From Octopus bimaculoides (taxonomy: Eukaryota), in NCBI RefSeq assembly GCF_001194135.2, contig NC_068988.1, positions 64,659,766-64,700,158 on the forward strand: DNA of 40,393 nucleotides, read 5' to 3'. The notes beneath the pieces were generated by a model, which saw nothing but the letters and a program-made list of their open reading frames with translations, was not told where the DNA came from and made no database searches. How positions within the stretch are numbered: the stretch's first letter is position 1; the number at the start of each line of letters is the position of its first letter. Of the stretch, positions 36,340 through 40,393 are shown piece by piece. The translations under genes and the position numbers were made by a program.

Positions 36340-36878
36340 AACAACAACACCATCACCACACCACTACAGCCTCTAATAATTCTATGACTACTACTACTAC
36401 TATTGTTGTTACTACAGCAACTACTACTACTACTACTACTGTTACTACTATTATTACAACTACAAATGATGCAGCTGCTGCTCCTGCTACCACTGCTACT
36501 ACTGCTGTAGGTATTACAACTGTCTATAAACTGAGACAAGAGGTTACACTCACTCAGAAACATACACAAACACGCACTCACACACAAACACACACTCACA
36601 CACAAACACACAAAAGCACACATTCACACACAAACACACACTCACACATAAACACACACAAACACACACTCACACACAAACACACACTCACACATAAACA
36701 CACACTCACACAAACACACAAACATACACTCACACACAAACACACACTCACACATAAACACACATAAACACACAATCACATACAAACACACACTCACACA
36801 CAAACACACACTCACACATAAACACATTCTCACACACTCAAACTCACACAAGCACACTTGCATGCATACACACACTTA

Positions 36879-36915
<37 letters not shown>
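36340..36915. repeat. (ACT/GCT/CAC)n tract followed by CA-derived 18-bp minisatellite
   Basis: CACACAAACACACACTCA / CACATAAACACACACTCA units around 36640-36830. Confidence 0.85.
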
Positions 36916-36920
<5 letters not shown>

Positions 36921-37249
36921 TTCAGAAACACACACACAAATCTAAAGCTTCTTCCTCATGTAGACATCATCTAACATTTTATGGCATGTTTTTCAAAGTT
37001 CTCATCAACTCAGTGTCTAATCCTTCTGCTAAAAAAATATGGACTCCCACTACAACCACAGGCTAATCTTAGCTACTTAGGTTAAGTCTCTTAATTAGTT
37101 GGTCAAAATTGGGATGTCACTTTGGTGTTGTGATTAACACAGTCAAATGATTTACAGCAGATCCAGTGTCTAAATTCCACAGGCAATACTACAACTTATT
37201 TTTCATCTTCTATATTATATAAATTTCAATTCTATGTAACATATACATA

Positions 37250-37670
37250 GGCGTAGGAGTGGCTGTGTGGTAAGTAGCTTGCTTACAAACCACATGGTTC
37301 CGAGTTCAGTCCCACTGCGTGGCACCTTGGGCAAGTGTCTTCTACTATAGCCTCGGGCTGATCAAAGCCTTGTGAGTGGATTTGGTAGATGGAAACTGAA
37401 AGAAGCCCGTCGTATATATGTATATATATGTATATATGTATGTGTGTGTATATGTTTGTGTATCTGTGTTTGTCCCCCCAACATCGCTTGACAACCGATA
37501 CTGGTGTGTTTATGTCCCCGTAACTTAGCAGTTCAGCTAAAGAGACTGATAAAATAAGTACTAGGCTTACAAAGAATAAGCCCTGGGGTCGATTAGCTCG
37601 ACTAAGAAGTGGTGCTCCAGCATGGCCACAGTCAAATGACTGAAACAAATAAAAGAGTAAAAAGACTAAA
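37250..37670 (+). mobile_element. tRNA-derived SINE family A, full length
   Basis: A-box TGGCTGTGTGGT (37260-37271), B-box GAGTTCAGTCC (37302-37312), core, internal (AT/GT)n, 3' half ending AAAAGAGTAAAAAGA. Confidence 0.9.
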
Positions 37671-37673
37671 GGG

Positions 37674-37718
<45 letters not shown>

Positions 37719-37739
37719 ATGTGTGTGTGTACATTTATG

Positions 37740-37950
37740 AGTATGTGTGTGTTTGTCTCCACTGATTGACAACCAGTATTGGTTCGCTTACATCAGTATA
37801 ACTAAGCATTTTTACAAAAAGATACAGTCAGAAGAGAATGATTACCAAGTTTTAAAAACACGTTCTGTGATTGATTCGATTGACAAAATACTGTAAAGCA
37901 TTGCTCCAGTATGACCACAGTACGATAACTGAAACGAGCAAAAAAATAAA
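37740..37950 (+). mobile_element. SINE family A, older 3' half
   Basis: GATTGACAACCAG...TTGCTCCAGTATGACCACAG...AACTGAAAC. Confidence 0.65.
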
Positions 37951-38277
37951 GGAATATATTCTTGGTCCCAGTGGTAACACCATGTTTATTGTGTTCACAT
38001 CCACTTTACAGATGTTAGGTGAGACACTTCCAGCTTACTCCAACGACTAATGAACTTGGCTAATGAAATTATTAATTACATCATGTGATTTCTTGGTTGC
38101 TATATGTTATGTATGGTTTTTCCTTTATAATTTCTGATTCTTTTCTTTCACATTGGCTCTCAATGTACAGCATAATCATTACAGATCTTATGTCTTCAAC
38201 TATTTTGATAACAGATCTTGTTGATGTTTTTTCAGGGGTTTTTTGTATGTTTTTTTTCTGTAATTATTGTTATTATT

Positions 38278-38500
38278 TGGCAGAAGCATTAGCATGCTGG
38301 GCAAAATTCTTGGTGGCATCTTGTAAATCTTTACATTCTAAGTTCAGTTACCGCCAAGGTTATCTATGCCTTTCATCCTTTCAGTGTCAGTGAAATAGGT
38401 AACAGTCAACCACTGGGGTCAATGTAATTGACTAACCCCATCCTACAAAAAATTTCAGGCCCTGTTGCCTATAGTAGAAAACATTATTATTGTTATTATT
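38278..38500 (+). mobile_element. SINE family C with (ATT)n tail
   Basis: TGGCAGAAGCATTAGC...GCCTTTCATCCTTTC...TTTCAGGCC...GCCTATAGTAGAAA then ATTATTATTGTTATTATT. Confidence 0.8.
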
Positions 38501-38883
38501 CAGTAGTTTTATTCTTATAACGTGCTTTCACTTCACTACCGAGCATAGCTCTGTGTGCCTTGGGTATGTGCTGTGGTTTGCTGTGATGCTCTTATGGTTA
38601 CTGTATTGAAAGTGTTTTGCGTAGGATGTGTGCAGTGCCCAGTAGTGCAATTTTTTGTATGTTATATATATTTGTAAGTCCTAGTGTTTTTGTTATGTAT
38701 TTATTTGAATATTTTTTATTATACCTAAGGCACCTACTATGATAGGAATTGTTTCTGTTTTTAGATTCCATATTCTAGTTACTTCTATTTCCAGGTCTTT
38801 GTATTTTGAAAGTTTTTCCATTTCTTTTAGGGAAACGTTGTCATCTGCTGGTATTGATACATCAATTAGAAAGCATTGTTTTT
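38501..38883 (-). mobile_element. R4/Dong-clade non-LTR retrotransposon 3' end (restriction-like endonuclease C-terminus and 3' UTR)
   Basis: CFLIDVSIPADDNVSLKEMEKLSKYKDLEIEVTRIWNLKTETIPIIVGALGII, then after a 1-bp loss in an A-run KYSNKYITKTLGLTNIYNIQKIALLGTAHILRKTLSIQ, stop at 38598-38600; about 100-bp UTR ending in TAA repeats. 5' part in gap. Confidence 0.88.
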
Positions 38884-39427
38884 NNNNNNNNNNNNNNNNN
38901 NNNNNNNNNNNNNNNNNNNNNNNNNNNNNNNNNNNNNNNNNNNNNNNNNNNNNNNNNNNNNNNNNNNNNNNNNNNNNNNNNNNNNNNNNNNNNNNNNNNN
39001 NNNNNNNNNNNNNNNNNNNNNNNNNNNNNNNNNNNNNNNNNNNNNNNNNNNNNNNNNNNNNNNNNNNNNNNNNNNNNNNNNNNNNNNNNNNNNNNNNNNN
39101 NNNNNNNNNNNNNNNNNNNNNNNNNNNNNNNNNNNNNNNNNNNNNNNNNNNNNNNNNNNNNNNNNNNNNNNNNNNNNNNNNNNNNNNNNNNNNNNNNNNN
39201 NNNNNNNNNNNNNNNNNNNNNNNNNNNNNNNNNNNNNNNNNNNNNNNNNNNNNNNNNNNNNNNNNNNNNNNNNNNNNNNNNNNNNNNNNNNNNNNNNNNN
39301 NNNNNNNNNNNNNNNNNNNNNNNNNNNNNNNNNNNNNNNNNNNNNNNNNNNNNNNNNNNNNNNNNNNNNNNNNNNNNNNNNNNNNNNNNNNNNNNNNNNN
39401 NNNNNNNNNNNNNNNNNNNNNNNNNNN

Positions 39428-39671
39428 GTGGGACAAACATATACATACATATGTACATATATATACATATATATATATCTATACGTATATATATATATAT
39501 ATATATATGTATGACAGGCTTCTTTCAGTTTCCGTCTACCAAATCCACTTACAAGGCTTTCGTCGGCCTGAGGCTATAGTAGAAGACACTTGCCCAAGAT
39601 GCCACACAGTGGGACTGAACCCAGAACCATGTGGTTGGTAAGCAAGCTACTTACCACACAGCCACTCCTGC
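39428..39671 (-). mobile_element. SINE family A, 5' half (3' half probably in gap)
   Basis: TTCTTTCAGTTTCCGTCTACCAAATCCACT...GACACTTGCCCAAG...TTACCACACAGCCACTCCTGCC. Confidence 0.88.
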
Positions 39672-39673
39672 CA

Positions 39674-39860
39674 AGTGGTATTTTGTCCATCTTTATGTTC
39701 TGAGTTCAAATTGTACCGAACTGGCTTTACCTTTCATCCTTCCAGGGTTGATAAAATATGTACTTGTTATACACTGGGGGNNNNNNNNNNGGGGGGGGTC
39801 GATGTAATTGATTTACTCTTTCTCCCAAACTTGCTGGCCTTGTGCCAAAATTTGAAATTA

Positions 39861-39895
<35 letters not shown>

Positions 39896-39897
39896 TT
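39674..39897 (+). mobile_element. SINE family C, 5'-truncated
   Basis: GTTCTGAGTTCAAATTG...CCTTTCATCCTTCCAGGGTTGATAAAAT...GGCCTTGTGCCAAAATTTGAA(ATT)n. Confidence 0.8.
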
Positions 39898-40169
39898 TCT
39901 AAATGCTTAGCGAAATACTGCTAAGCATTACCTCCTCACCTTACTATGGGCAAAGTGCTTGATTGAAAGGGGTCTTTTTTTGTAACTGAGAATATACACA
40001 CACACACACAAATATATGCATATATAAATACACATGTATGTATATATGTATACTATGATATATATATCTTTTATATACACGTACATGATATAAATATACA
40101 CAAATACTTAAATACATATATAAACATACAGATACATACAAACACACACACATATATATATATATATAT

Positions 40170-40236
40170 ACATAGCCCTGGTCAAACCATCCAACCCATG
40201 CCAGCATGGACAACAAACATTAAATGATGATGATAT
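40170..40236 (+). mobile_element. SINE family B 3' tail fragment
   Basis: CAAACCATCCAACCCATGCCAGCATGGA...CATTAAATGATGATGAT. Confidence 0.75.
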
Positions 40237-40300
40237 ACACACACATACACACGTGTATGTATATATATATATATATTTATATGTATTTTTAGATCTCTAC

Positions 40301-40331
<31 letters not shown>

Positions 40332-40340
40332 CCATATATA

Positions 40341-40393
<53 letters not shown>

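Noticed and set aside
37250-37330. tRNA gene
   Set aside because: A and B boxes are present but continue into a SINE body repeated elsewhere; no full cloverleaf.

Overview
Eukaryotic, AT-rich, CpG-poor non-coding DNA saturated with (AT)n, (AC)n, (AG)n and trinucleotide microsatellites, with nine N gaps. The repeat families look like those of Octopus (inference from my recollection of the SINE sequences, not from a search). I found no host protein-coding exon, RNA gene or CRISPR array that I can support; nearly all supplied ORFs are translated microsatellites or run through gaps. Three segments have real protein homology, all decayed transposons: a Penelope-like RT-thumb/GIY-YIG fragment (about 11085-11850, +), a complete mariner DD34D element with TIRs and TA duplication (29965-31159, +), and the restriction-like endonuclease end of an R4/Dong-clade non-LTR element (38501-38883, -). 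The rest is at least four tRNA-type or RTE-tailed SINE families (my local labels A-D) plus hAT-, piggyBac- and Helentron-type non-autonomous elements, two long foldback elements and several minisatellites. Best leads: a possible decayed hammerhead ribozyme just after the Penelope ORF, an R4/Dong element sharing a TTA/TAA tract with a SINE tail, a DINE-1/HINE-like element, a nested transposon stack, and long inverted repeats able to form dsRNA. I see no convincing new multi-gene system.
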